From Myxococcota bacterium (GTDB lineage Bacteria; Myxococcota_A; SURF-8), in NCBI GenBank assembly GCA_965140415.1, contig OZ223209.1, positions 4,704,001 to 4,768,000 of the forward strand: DNA of 64,000 bases. Reading direction: 5' to 3'. The position numbers and the translations under genes were made by a program. Positions within the stretch are counted from its first letter, which is position 1. Every line of letters begins with the position of its first letter. Below, one piece after another: positions 9,295-19,136 of the stretch. Below the pieces are notes generated by a model. It searched no databases. It worked only from the letters and a program-made list of their open reading frames with translations, and was not told the DNA's origin.

Positions 9295-10440
9295 CTAGTC
9301 GAACAATTTAACACCGGCCGCAAGTTCGAAAGGTATGATGCCCCGGCCCTGCTCCAACGCCAATAACACCAGTAAATTATCGAAAATATGACATGTTCTG
9401 CCTCCGAAGCACCCGCGCAAGGCATCGGAGGATTGATGCTGAAACCCAGCTAGAATTTCCAACAACGAGTAAATCAGGGGTTCTCGATTATAAAGAACAG
9501 CAAAATGCAGCGCGAGGGCGTATACAGCAACTGAGTCGAAAGCTACAGTCGCATCTCCGGAATTCGAATCGTACCTACCTTTCAGCATGCCCGATTCACC
9601 GATCTCCTTTTCTACAAAGTCGATGACTTTGCTTTTCAAATCCCCGGTTTCCGCTAAATGCACCGCACAGAGCAGTTTATTAATGAGATTGTTTTCCTGG
9701 TCGAAATACGATTCACTCCTCAGATCGTATTTATCGTGAAATAGCCCCTGCTCGGATAACGCTTGTAACAACAGAGAACGCGAACGCTGATGGATATGTG
9801 CCCAGTGTTCACTCTGCCCTTCATGATAGCGAGCCAGCAATTTCATGGCATATAGATCCAGATAACTCAGATCCACGACGTTCGACCGGCTCACACCACC
9901 TTTCCAGGACACAGACTCCACCGGAGTATCCTGCACGATTTCATAATCGAGTATCGCTTTCCCCAATTCGCAGGCTTCACACCAAAGCTCCCGGTCCCCC
10001 CAGGCTTCATACGCTTCCAACAGCGCTCTTGCAATGCGCAGATCGTCTATCGAAGCGGAACTGTCTGCGGCCTGATTCGAGTCGGGCAAATAGCGCCAGG
10101 CAATTAACCCCTGCTCGGAGAGCATATGCTTTTTCACATACGTCCAGACTCGATCGAAACGCTTGCGGTCGTTGACAACAACGAAGTAGCGCATCGCCAG
10201 TCCCATCGACTCAGCCAGAACGACCGGCTGTCCCTGAGAATCATTGGAAACCATTGCTGGCGGGAAATCTTCTGGATACGTGAAAATCCGTCCATCGGAA
10301 GAATACATCTCCTGGATGACGAATTCGGTCAGCATTCCGTTTCGGCTGGTTGCGGAACGATAGGAACAAGATGGGCCGCCTCCCCAAACACAGATCGACA
10401 GAACTCCAAACACAACTAATAACCACATGAATTTTCGCAT
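9295..10440 (-). CDS. Glycoside hydrolase family 8-like (YdaJ-like) six-hairpin protein, secreted or membrane-anchored
   Basis: LAESMGLAM, LIAWR, SASIDDLRIARALLEA motifs; hydrophobic N-terminus. Confidence 0.7.
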   Translation of the reverse strand: MRKFMWLLVVFGVLSICVWGGGPSCSYRSATSRNGMLTEFVIQEMYSSDGRIFTYPEDFPPAMVSNDSQGQPVVLAESMGLAMRYFVVVNDRKRFDRVWTYVKKHMLSEQGLIAWRYLPDSNQAADSSASIDDLRIARALLEAYEAWGDRELWCEACELGKAILDYEIVQDTPVESVSWKGGVSRSNVVDLSYLDLYAMKLLARYHEGQSEHWAHIHQRSRSLLLQALSEQGLFHDKYDLRSESYFDQENNLINKLLCAVHLAETGDLKSKVIDFVEKEIGESGMLKGRYDSNSGDATVAFDSVAVYALALHFAVLYNREPLIYSLLEILAGFQHQSSDALRGCFGGRTCHIFDNLLVLLALEQGRGIIPFELAAGVKLFD

Positions 10441-10483
10441 GATGTAACCGTACAACAAGAAATAAATAGACAGGACGTGAACT

Positions 10484-11419
10484 CTATAGCGCGGCTTTTG
10501 CCGTATGATAACCGGAAACCAGATCCTGCATGATCTCGGCAGCCGGTTTGATCTCTTTGACTGTAGCAGATATCTGCCCGATTTCCAACTCGCCTTCGTT
10601 CAAATCGCCTTCAAACATGCCCAGTCGGGAGCGCCCCTGGCCGAGTTCGTTCAGTAAAACCTGATCATTGGCGCCATCGCGCTCTTGTTTCATGACTCTT
10701 CGGCAGAACTCGTTTTCAATCAAGCGCACGGGGATCAATGAACGAAGCACCAAATGCGTATCTGCGGGACCGGTCTGAACCACCGCCTGTTGAAAATTCG
10801 GATGGCAGGAAGCCTCAGAGGCGCAAACAAAACGCGTACCGATTTGTACGCCTTCCGCTCCCAATGCAAAGGTCGCCAGCATCGCTCGCCCGTCTCCGAT
10901 GCCACCGGCAGCAATAACCGGAATCGACACAGAATCGACCACCTGGGGAATCAGTACAAAGGAGGTTAATTCATCCCGGCCATTGTGCCCTCCGGCCTCG
11001 AAACCCTCACAAACGACCGCATCGACACCCGCAGCCTCGCACTTTTCAGCCAATACCGGGTTTGAAACGACATGGGCGACTTTCATCCCGGCAGCTTTGA
11101 AGCGCGGTGTATATTTCTTCGGCGATCCGGCGGAAGTGAATACGATCGGCACCTGTTCTTCCAGAATCACATCGACCATGGTCTCGGAATTATGGTTGAA
11201 TATCGGCAGGTTAACACCGAAAGGCTTGTCCGTCAGGGTTTTTGCATTGCGGATATGCTCGCGCAGCAGTTCAGGAGTCATCGACCCAGATCCGATCAAT
11301 CCCAAGCCGCCAGCCTCAGAAACCGCCGCCGCAAGCTTTGCACCACTGACCCAAATCATGCCTCCCTGAATAATTGGAAACTCGATTCCGAATAATCGAC
11401 TGATTCTGGTATCTTTCAT
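10484..11419 (-). CDS. Nitronate monooxygenase / FabK-like flavoenzyme
   Basis: PIIQGGM, EGFEAGGH, PVIAAGGIGDG, GVQIGTRF. Confidence 0.9.
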   Translation of the reverse strand: MKDTRISRLFGIEFPIIQGGMIWVSGAKLAAAVSEAGGLGLIGSGSMTPELLREHIRNAKTLTDKPFGVNLPIFNHNSETMVDVILEEQVPIVFTSAGSPKKYTPRFKAAGMKVAHVVSNPVLAEKCEAAGVDAVVCEGFEAGGHNGRDELTSFVLIPQVVDSVSIPVIAAGGIGDGRAMLATFALGAEGVQIGTRFVCASEASCHPNFQQAVVQTGPADTHLVLRSLIPVRLIENEFCRRVMKQERDGANDQVLLNELGQGRSRLGMFEGDLNEGELEIGQISATVKEIKPAAEIMQDLVSGYHTAKAAL

Positions 11420-11446
11420 AACGGTCCTCGTTCATCCGGATATCGG

Positions 11447-12499
11447 CTAGACATTAAAGCGGAAATGGACAACCTCTCCGTCTTTAGGAAGATATTCCTT
11501 GCCTTCCAGCCTCATTTTGTTGGCTTCGCGACATTTGGAATCGCTTCCCAACTCGGCCATGTCTTCCCATTGCATGACTTCGGCGCGGATAAAACCGCGT
11601 TCAATGTCCGAATGGATCTTACCAGCCGCTTTTTGAGCGCGCGTGCCGTTACGGATGGTCCAGGCGCGAACCTCATCGGGACCGGCGGTAAAGAATGAAA
11701 TCAGGTTGAGCATACCGTAGACTTCGCGGATAAAGCGATCTTTGGCCGCTTCGGTAAGCCCAAGCGCTTCCAGATACTCCTGGCGCTCCTGCTCCTCTTC
11801 CAGATCGTTCAATTCCATTTCCACCTGGCCACTGACAACGATCACCTTCAAACCCTGCTTTTCGCAATAAGCCAGTAATTCCGCAGGAGGTTCCTCCGCA
11901 GCCTGGCTCTCATCGACATTGAGCAGCGCCATGCAGTTTTTGCGAGACAAGAATCCGAATCCTGCCAGTTGCACCCAGGCTTCTTCCGGCATATCCAAGG
12001 TCCGCAACGGCAGTTCCTGTTCCAGATGTTCTTGAATTTTCTCAAGATATTCCCGTTCCCGACCTTTATCGCCCTGTTTTTTCAAGCGTTGCAGACGATT
12101 TTCCACCACCATCAGGTCCGCCAGCGTCAATTCCGACTCGAAAGCGGTGGCATCGCGCAACAAATCAGGTTCGTCCGACAAAGCCGGATTGTCGAAACCG
12201 CGCACCACATGTACCAACGCATCGGACTGTCGCATATCCGCCAGCGTTTGGGCGGCAAAACCTTTGCCGCCATCAGGCGTCGTTCCGGCAAAATCGACGA
12301 ATGCGATTTCCGCATAGGTCAGTTTTTTCGGCGAAATCTTGTCTGCAATCTTTTTCAAACGTGCATCGGGCACTTTGATATTTCCCAGATTCTTGACATC
12401 TCCGCCATGGTATCCGCCCACTTCGGCATGCAGTCCGGTCAAGGCATTGAAAATTGTGGTCTTGCCAGCACCACGAAAACCGATAATTCCTACTTTCAT
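11447..12499 (-). CDS. ychF: YchF/Obg-like ATPase (divergent paralog) with C-terminal TGS/DUF933 domain
   Basis: GxxxxGKT, DFAG, FFTAGPDEVRAWTI, AAGKIHSDIERGFIRAEV, FRFNV. Confidence 0.85.
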   Translation of the reverse strand: MKVGIIGFRGAGKTTIFNALTGLHAEVGGYHGGDVKNLGNIKVPDARLKKIADKISPKKLTYAEIAFVDFAGTTPDGGKGFAAQTLADMRQSDALVHVVRGFDNPALSDEPDLLRDATAFESELTLADLMVVENRLQRLKKQGDKGREREYLEKIQEHLEQELPLRTLDMPEEAWVQLAGFGFLSRKNCMALLNVDESQAAEEPPAELLAYCEKQGLKVIVVSGQVEMELNDLEEEQERQEYLEALGLTEAAKDRFIREVYGMLNLISFFTAGPDEVRAWTIRNGTRAQKAAGKIHSDIERGFIRAEVMQWEDMAELGSDSKCREANKMRLEGKEYLPKDGEVVHFRFNV

Positions 12500-12728
12500 T
12501 TGCTTCTCCTCTTCAAGCATTCCGCTTAAGCGTTGTAGCAGATCCTTTCTTCAGTGGCAAGTTGCAGATACCACACAAATTGTAACTTTCTGATTTTACA
12601 GTTGTGAAGCATCACATCATCTGATACAGTCCCATGCAATTATTTATAAAGTATGATTTTTGCGAGGTTTCTGGGGAACAATCCGCGTAATTCGACGAGA
12701 AAACCCTCGCACAAAGGGGAGTAAAAAG

Positions 12729-14003
12729 ATGACGAAGTACAGAACGTTTCTGGTTTCCGTTTGTATTGTGATTCTGGTTTCGTTCCTTTATTCATGCTCT
12801 GGCGGAACGACAATCGACAATGACGATGAAAACGAGGACTCCTGCTCGTCGGACGATGATTGCTCCAGTGGTAAGGTCTGCGATGACGAAACCAAGCGCT
12901 GCGTAGAAGAACCTTCCGGCTGCCTTAACGACAGCGATTGCTCGGCTAGCCAAAGATGCGAGATCCCATTCGGTGCAGATCGAGGCAGCTGTGTGACCAA
13001 TCAAGTCGTCAATGGTTGCCTGTATCACCACGACTGCGCACTAGGATTCTCCTGCTCGGCCAGTTCCCATATCTGCGTTGCCGATGCCAACGCCATTGCC
13101 TGTGTCTCCTCCAGTAACTGCGTCGCTGGTTATAGCTGCTTGATTTCAGGCAGCTCCGGTAAATGTGTACCGGACTCCTCTACCACAGACGGCGATGGAG
13201 AATCGACCTGCGCCTGTCAACAGGATAGCGACTGCGGCGACGTGACACAGCAACTCTGCTACCAATGCACTTGTCAGCCGCGCTATCCCACATGCACCGC
13301 AGCGGGTGACTGCTGGCCGGGTCAAACCTGCAATACCGAAACCGGCAAATGCGAAGGTGAAGTCATCATTGATGGAGACACGGATACCGATACAACGGAT
13401 GGTGATCTACCTGTTGATGGCGACTTGCCGATAGATGGCGATGATGACAATTCCACGCCTCCCGATGGTGACGACGACCTGCCTCCCGCTGATGCCGACC
13501 CGGACCCAGATCCGATTCAACCCGATGGTGACGACGACCAGAACGTATGCATTCCCTGCGCCTCCAGTAGCGATTGTCCCGGTCTGCTCGTTTGCGGTAC
13601 AGAAAGTTGCTGTATAGAACCTTGTGATGCAGAAAGTTGCCCAGCTCCTACGACCTGCAACACCAGCAATGGCTATTGCGAATTCTGTAGTCCCTCCTGC
13701 ACGGGTGGGCGTTGCTGCAACTACAACGCAGACTACTGGTATTGCGGCACCTGTTGCACACCTCCCTGCGGCGCAGGCAAGGTCTGTCAGGCGGGTAGCT
13801 GTGTTACTCCATACTGCCCGATTTGTTCCGCAGATGAACATTGCGACGGCTTTGCTACCGGTTGGATTTGCGTACCCAATGAAGTGGACGGCGACTCGCG
13901 CTATGCTCCCACGAGTTTGCGTTGTCTTCCCGCCAACTCCGATTGCACGGAGGGTGTGGATCATTGTTGCAGTGGTGTTTGTCTGATGGGTACCTGCTTG
14001 TAA
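12729..14003 (+). CDS. Cysteine-rich lipoprotein with CxxDxDC repeats, DGD-rich linker and C-terminal knottin-like module
   Basis: Lipobox LYSC; CSSDDDC, CLNDSDC, CQQDSDC and similar repeats; repeated DGD. Confidence 0.8.
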   Translation: MTKYRTFLVSVCIVILVSFLYSCSGGTTIDNDDENEDSCSSDDDCSSGKVCDDETKRCVEEPSGCLNDSDCSASQRCEIPFGADRGSCVTNQVVNGCLYHHDCALGFSCSASSHICVADANAIACVSSSNCVAGYSCLISGSSGKCVPDSSTTDGDGESTCACQQDSDCGDVTQQLCYQCTCQPRYPTCTAAGDCWPGQTCNTETGKCEGEVIIDGDTDTDTTDGDLPVDGDLPIDGDDDNSTPPDGDDDLPPADADPDPDPIQPDGDDDQNVCIPCASSSDCPGLLVCGTESCCIEPCDAESCPAPTTCNTSNGYCEFCSPSCTGGRCCNYNADYWYCGTCCTPPCGAGKVCQAGSCVTPYCPICSADEHCDGFATGWICVPNEVDGDSRYAPTSLRCLPANSDCTEGVDHCCSGVCLMGTCL

Positions 14004-14048
14004 TTGCACGCTTAATATCAGGACAATACAAAAATTCGAAGAATCAAC

Positions 14049-14243
14049 AAAGCCCACCATCAAGGAAGGGATTTTCCCTTCCTCTTCCGTTCGCCCACTT
14101 GCATCATTGGCGGCTTGTACCGGCGCGCGGAAAGCAGTCAAGGCTATATGAACGTCGCTATCGCTCCGGCCTTGACTGCCTCCCTTGTGCGCCCCGGTTC
14201 TTACGCCTTATGACGCGAAGCGGCTCCGTCGGGGAAGGGAAAA
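14049..14243 (+). repeat. ~195-bp structured intergenic repeat, copy A
   Basis: Diverged reverse-complement match to 61441-61635; internal inverted repeats ttttcccttcc/ggaagggaaaa and gcagtcaaggc/gccttgactgc. Confidence 0.9.
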
Positions 14244-14308
14244 CAAAGCGCCATCCGTCAATCACCACGTGACCGAGCAGACAATCCCCCTAAGATTCTG
14301 GATGTAGT

Positions 14309-15232
14309 TTATTCAGACAATTCGACGCGGTTCTTGCCGTTGGCCTTGGCAAGATACAGGGCGCTGTCTGCGGCATTGATCAATTCCGCACCATCCTGCG
14401 CCTTGCTGTGGGGATACACGGCCACACCAATCGAAATGGTAATGGCTTTATTGTCCATCTCGCGAATCTTCTGTTTCATTACCTGTTCGCGGATCTTTTC
14501 GGCCACTAACAACGCGCCTTGCGGAGGAGTACTAGGCAGCATCAACACGAACTCCTCGCCGCCGTAACGGGCAAACACGTCATGACTACGAATCTCGCTT
14601 TTGACCAGATCGGCGGTTTTCTTTAGGACTTTGTCGCCGACCAGGTGACCGTACTGATCGTTGGTGTGCTTGAAATTGTCGATATCGAAGATAATCACCG
14701 CCAGGTTGTGGTTATAACGAGTGGCACGCGAGAATTCCATGTCGAAGATTTCCATGAAATGTCGCCGGTTATAGATTTCCGTGAGGTAGTCGGTAATCGA
14801 CAATTCCTTGTAGCGCTGTTTGGCGATACGCAACTCGTCCTGCAAGTGCTTGACCTTCAACTGCACCCGCACACGTGCAATCAGTTCGCCTGGATCGAAA
14901 GGCTTGGTCAGATAATCGGAAGCGCCCAGATCCAGCCCTTTGATTTTCTTGTCCACCGAGACTTGCCCGGTAAGCATAATCACCGGAATATCCCGCCATT
15001 CCATATGGCTTTTCATTTCCTGCAAAAATTCATAGCCATCCATGCCGGGCATAACGATATCGCAGATCACCAGTTCGACATCGTTACGCTTGAGCGCTTC
15101 CAGCCCATCGTGAGCGGTGGAAGCCTCGAAGTAATGATTGAATAACTGAGCCTGTTGCAAGACCAAAAGAATGCCCTGCCTAATCGTGCTGGAATCATCC
15201 ATGATGAGAACATTCTTTTCTCTCATGCGCAT
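14309..15232 (-). CDS. Response regulator diguanylate cyclase (REC-GGDEF, WspR/PleD-like)
   Basis: REC motifs (MDD, CDIVMPGMDG, KPF); GGEEF with RxxD I-site (RSHD). Confidence 0.95.
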   Translation of the reverse strand: MRMREKNVLIMDDSSTIRQGILLVLQQAQLFNHYFEASTAHDGLEALKRNDVELVICDIVMPGMDGYEFLQEMKSHMEWRDIPVIMLTGQVSVDKKIKGLDLGASDYLTKPFDPGELIARVRVQLKVKHLQDELRIAKQRYKELSITDYLTEIYNRRHFMEIFDMEFSRATRYNHNLAVIIFDIDNFKHTNDQYGHLVGDKVLKKTADLVKSEIRSHDVFARYGGEEFVLMLPSTPPQGALLVAEKIREQVMKQKIREMDNKAITISIGVAVYPHSKAQDGAELINAADSALYLAKANGKNRVELSE

Positions 15233-15263
15233 TCTCTCACCTTTCACTCACTTCAATATCGAT

Positions 15264-15665
15264 TTACTCTCCACGTGCGCGTCGCACCGCCTCACGCACA
15301 TCATCGCGTTCGCGCAGCATCGGTCCACTTTCCTCGACCGTAACCGTCTTCTTGGCACCGCACTTTTTGCAACCTAAATTGACATGCGTCCCAATGCGAT
15401 CAGGCGGGAAACCGGTCACTTCCCAGAAATGACTGCAAGCCCCATTGCCACGCGCTTCACGCTTGCGACGCTTGCGCTGGGCTTTGGTTTCCTCTGCAAC
15501 ATCCGAAACACCATCCGAAGAAGAATCCTGTTCCGAGGCTCCCTCGAAGAGGTCCTCATCGTCGAATCGATCCACCGGACGCGACAAGCGACGCATCACC
15601 AATAGCAGCAGCACTCCTGCTACCAAACCGCCGATCAACAGTAATTGTGTAGTATCCAGGTTCAT
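15264..15665 (-). CDS. Hypothetical single-TM protein with possible C-terminal zinc ribbon
   Basis: N-terminal TM helix, acidic linker, CSH...CKKC; abuts the asnS stop codon. Confidence 0.6.
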   Translation of the reverse strand: MNLDTTQLLLIGGLVAGVLLLLVMRRLSRPVDRFDDEDLFEGASEQDSSSDGVSDVAEETKAQRKRRKREARGNGACSHFWEVTGFPPDRIGTHVNLGCKKCGAKKTVTVEESGPMLRERDDVREAVRRARGE

Positions 15666-16961
15666 CTAGGGTAATAACCGTTCCATCATCCGTGGGAAGG
15701 GGATGCATTCACGCACGTGATGCGTACCACAGATCCATCCCACCGTCCGTTCCAATCCCAATCCGAACCCGGCGTGCGGGAACGATCCGTAGCGCCGCAG
15801 ATCCAGATACCAGCTGAAATCTTCTTCGTTCAACTCGTGCTTCTTGATTCCGGCCAGCAGTTCCTCGTAGCTGTCTTCGCGCACGCTGCCACCGATGATC
15901 TCGCCCACGCCTTCCGGTGCCAGCAAATCGAATCCCAGTACCTTGCTGCGATCCTCGGGATCCTTTTTCATATAAAACGCCTTGACCGCCGCCGGATAGC
16001 GATGCACGACCAGCGGTTTTTCGTAGGCATTGGTCAGCATGGTTTCGTCATCCGCGCCGAAGTCCTCGCCGTATTCGATGTCCGATCCCATTTCCTTCAG
16101 TTTCCCCACGGCCTCGTCGTAGCTCATGTGAATGAAGGGACCGGTAATCTTTTTCAGCGGTTCGATATCGCGCTCCAAATCCGCCAGTTCCCGGCTGCGC
16201 TTGTCGAGTACGCGCTGCACGATATAGGAAACCAGATCCTCCGCCAGCTTGATGTCGCCGTCCAGATCCAGATAGGCCACTTCCGGCTCGACCATCCAGA
16301 ATTCGGTCAGATGTCGACGGGTTTTCGATTTTTCCGCCCGGAAGGTCGGACCGAAACAGTATACTTTGCCAAGCGCCGCCGCGCCCGCTTCCATGTACAA
16401 CTGCCCGGACTGCGTCAGGTAGGCTTTATCGTCGAAGTACCCGACTTCAAACAAAGTGCTGGTACCTTCGCAAGCCGAAGACATGAAAATCGGTGCATCC
16501 AGGTTAACGAATCCCCGTGCATTGAAGAATTCGCGAATGGCCGCGATCACTTCGGCCCGGATACGCATGGTGGCCACCTGTTTTTTGGAACGCAGCCACA
16601 AATGCCGATGATCCAACAGGAAACCGACGCCGTGCTCTTTGGGTGTAATCGGGTATTCCTCGACCGGATCGGCCACAACCTGCACCGTAGACACTGCCAG
16701 TTCGTACCCCAATGGCGAGCGCTCGTCGCGTTTGACAAGACCGGTGACGATCAACGACGTTTCCTGCGCCAGATGATCACACAAGTCGTACAGTTCCTCA
16801 CCGGCTTCGGGACGGAAAACAACACCTTGAATGATCCCGGTTCCATCACGTATCTGCAAAAACACCAGTTTCTTGGAAGAACGCTTATTGTAAAGCCAGC
16901 CTTTCAACTGGACGGTTTCGCCTTCGTGCTTGTAAATATCCTCGATATAAACCTGCTCCAT
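15666..16961 (-). CDS. asnS: Asparagine--tRNA ligase
   Basis: OB-fold [42 protein letters not shown]. Confidence 0.95.
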   Translation of the reverse strand: MEQVYIEDIYKHEGETVQLKGWLYNKRSSKKLVFLQIRDGTGIIQGVVFRPEAGEELYDLCDHLAQETSLIVTGLVKRDERSPLGYELAVSTVQVVADPVEEYPITPKEHGVGFLLDHRHLWLRSKKQVATMRIRAEVIAAIREFFNARGFVNLDAPIFMSSACEGTSTLFEVGYFDDKAYLTQSGQLYMEAGAAALGKVYCFGPTFRAEKSKTRRHLTEFWMVEPEVAYLDLDGDIKLAEDLVSYIVQRVLDKRSRELADLERDIEPLKKITGPFIHMSYDEAVGKLKEMGSDIEYGEDFGADDETMLTNAYEKPLVVHRYPAAVKAFYMKKDPEDRSKVLGFDLLAPEGVGEIIGGSVREDSYEELLAGIKKHELNEEDFSWYLDLRRYGSFPHAGFGLGLERTVGWICGTHHVRECIPFPRMMERLLP

Positions 16962-17292
16962 CAACCACAATCCTCCACAACAAATAGAAATGAATCGTTC
17001 CATTGGAATCTGCCACAGTCTATGGAAATCGGCAAGGGATGTCAACGCATTTGATCGTTTCACCTCGCTTCGTTCAGCACTATAAAAACCTATTTGACAG
17101 ATAAGTCAATCCTGCATCCCGAAAACCATCCTGGTCGAGAAAAGAAGCGCTTTGTTCTCGCTGCTGGTGTGATATATTGGGTTCTCCATGGAAATTTTAA
17201 CTTGCTGCCAGACAATGACTTCACTCACCAATACCGTCAATGGCTGGTGATCGACGAGCGTTTCGGATATGCTTGAAATCAGGAGTGATATC

Positions 17293-17694
17293 ATGAACGG
17301 GTTTTATATCAGAATAGCTTTCGTGATGGCAATGGCCTGTAATTTATTTACTGCCTGCGGTGATGACGGCTCTCCCTGCACCGATTCCATCAACTATTGC
17401 CCCTATTGCCGCATCGCCGGCGAGATGTGTGTTGGCAACGTACGGGTACGTATCGATTGTGACATTGAAACCGACGACAAAACCTGCAACATCTGGAGCA
17501 AGTACAACCTCGTGGCAGAACAGGACTGCGAAGATGGATTCCGCTGTATAGACAATGCCTTACCGAACTGCACGGATTTTTCTGAAACCGGAGCCTATTC
17601 CTGCATTAACGTCACACTGAAAGCAAACTGCATCAAAGCGGAAGACATTCCCGCAAGTGAAGAGGAAATCTGCGAGTGGTTCGATTCGATGTAA
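17293..17694 (+). CDS. Small cysteine-rich lipoprotein
   Basis: AGGAG RBS, lipobox FTAC-GDD, many Cys. Confidence 0.65.
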   Translation: MNGFYIRIAFVMAMACNLFTACGDDGSPCTDSINYCPYCRIAGEMCVGNVRVRIDCDIETDDKTCNIWSKYNLVAEQDCEDGFRCIDNALPNCTDFSETGAYSCINVTLKANCIKAEDIPASEEEICEWFDSM

Positions 17695-17730
17695 ACGGGC
17701 AATAAAATCCACGTTTTCGCGACACTTAGA

Positions 17731-19086
17731 TTACCCCAGATCCATCGTTTCCATATGTTCGGCAATATGCACCGGTAGCCGGAAGTTTTCCTCGATTTTC
17801 AGGCGCAGCGCATCGGATGCCTGCGGGTCGCCATGCACCAGGAAAATACGCTCCGGCTTGTTCTCCATATCTTGAAGCCACTGGATAAATTCGCTCTGGT
17901 CGGCATGAGCCGAAAGGAAATCGATCTGCTTCACATCGGCGTTTACGGGAATGTACTGGCCGTGGATCTTGATGTGATCCGCTCCGGAAGCCAAACTCGC
18001 CCCACGAGTACCGGGAGCCTGGTAACCGGTGAGCAGAATGGTGTTTTTAGGATCGGGGGCCAACGCTTTCAAGTGGTGAAGCACGCGCCCGCCGGTCAAC
18101 ATGCCGCTGGCGCTGATGATGACAGACGATTCCGTCAGTTTATTCAAGGACTTCGATTCCTGCGTGGTGTTGACGTAACGGGCGACACCAAAAGCCGCCT
18201 GACTTTCTTCTTTTGAAAGTAGATGGTAACGCGGGTAACGCTCGTAGATGTCGGTAACGTTGGTTGCCATTGGACTATTGACGTATACCGGCACTTTGGG
18301 TGCCAACCCTTGTTTGAATGCGGCATGCAAGCAGTACAACAGCGACTGCGTTCGGCCCACCGCAAAGGCGGGAATCAACAAGGTACCGCCCTTCTCTGTC
18401 GTTTGCGTCACCAGATCGGCCACGGCCTGAATGGCGTCCACCCTTTCATGTAGGCGATCGCCGTAGGTTGATTCCATCACAAGCACATCCGCCGGACGAT
18501 CGACGTCTTCCAGCGGCGTCAACAGATCGCCGGGACGCCCCAGATCGCCGGTAAAGAGAATCGCCTTTCCACCAGCTTTGATCAACACGCTTGCCGCGCC
18601 GAGTATATGACCACAGGGGAAGAATTGAATTTCGAAATCTCCGATTTTCAATACGTCTTCGTAAGGCACCGCCTTGAAATAACTCAGTGCTTTCTCGGCA
18701 TCGGCCTGTGTATACAGCGGCATGGCGGGAGAATGCTTGGAATACCCATGCTTGTTGGCGTGGTAGGCGTCTTCCTCTTGCAGATATCCGCTGTCGGGCA
18801 GCAGAATTTTACACAGATCTTTCGTGGGCTGCGTGCAATACGCCAATGCCTGAATCCCTTGTTTGACCAGCACCGGAAAATAGCCGCTATGATCCAGGTG
18901 AGCGTGGGTCAGGATTACACCGTCGATTGCCTTAGGTTTGACCGGAAGCGGCTCCCAGTTTCTTCTACGCAAGGCCTTCACCCCTTGAAACAAGCCACAA
19001 TCGACGAGAATGTTGGTTTCGTTGTGGCTGAGCAGGAATTTTGAACCCGTTACGGTTCCAGCGGCACCGGCAAAAGTAATCTGCAT
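17731..19086 (-). CDS. MBL-fold beta-CASP ribonuclease-like hydrolase
   Basis: THAHLDH, GHILG, MESTYG, FAVGR, SAHAD, LVHG. Confidence 0.9.
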   Translation of the reverse strand: MQITFAGAAGTVTGSKFLLSHNETNILVDCGLFQGVKALRRRNWEPLPVKPKAIDGVILTHAHLDHSGYFPVLVKQGIQALAYCTQPTKDLCKILLPDSGYLQEEDAYHANKHGYSKHSPAMPLYTQADAEKALSYFKAVPYEDVLKIGDFEIQFFPCGHILGAASVLIKAGGKAILFTGDLGRPGDLLTPLEDVDRPADVLVMESTYGDRLHERVDAIQAVADLVTQTTEKGGTLLIPAFAVGRTQSLLYCLHAAFKQGLAPKVPVYVNSPMATNVTDIYERYPRYHLLSKEESQAAFGVARYVNTTQESKSLNKLTESSVIISASGMLTGGRVLHHLKALAPDPKNTILLTGYQAPGTRGASLASGADHIKIHGQYIPVNADVKQIDFLSAHADQSEFIQWLQDMENKPERIFLVHGDPQASDALRLKIEENFRLPVHIAEHMETMDLG

Positions 19087-19136
19087 GGACGAGCCTCTCT
19101 GGTTTTCACGCTTTTAAGTGATCTTCGAGTAAGTCT

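Noticed and set aside
12603-12616. CRP-like site TGTGA-agca-TCACA
   Set aside because: Spacer is 4 nt rather than the required 6 nt
14049-14243. 6S RNA or riboswitch interpretation of the long hairpin
   Set aside because: Multiple copies, a collapsed form and the 3'-of-gene position fit a repeat better; no 6S or riboswitch consensus recognised (an Rfam search would settle it)
15717-17054. 445-aa plus-strand ORF
   Set aside because: Antisense shadow of asnS
17094-17109. TTGAC-N6-GTCAA palindrome as an FNR-like site
   Set aside because: Wrong spacing; may simply be back-to-back -35 elements of divergent promoters
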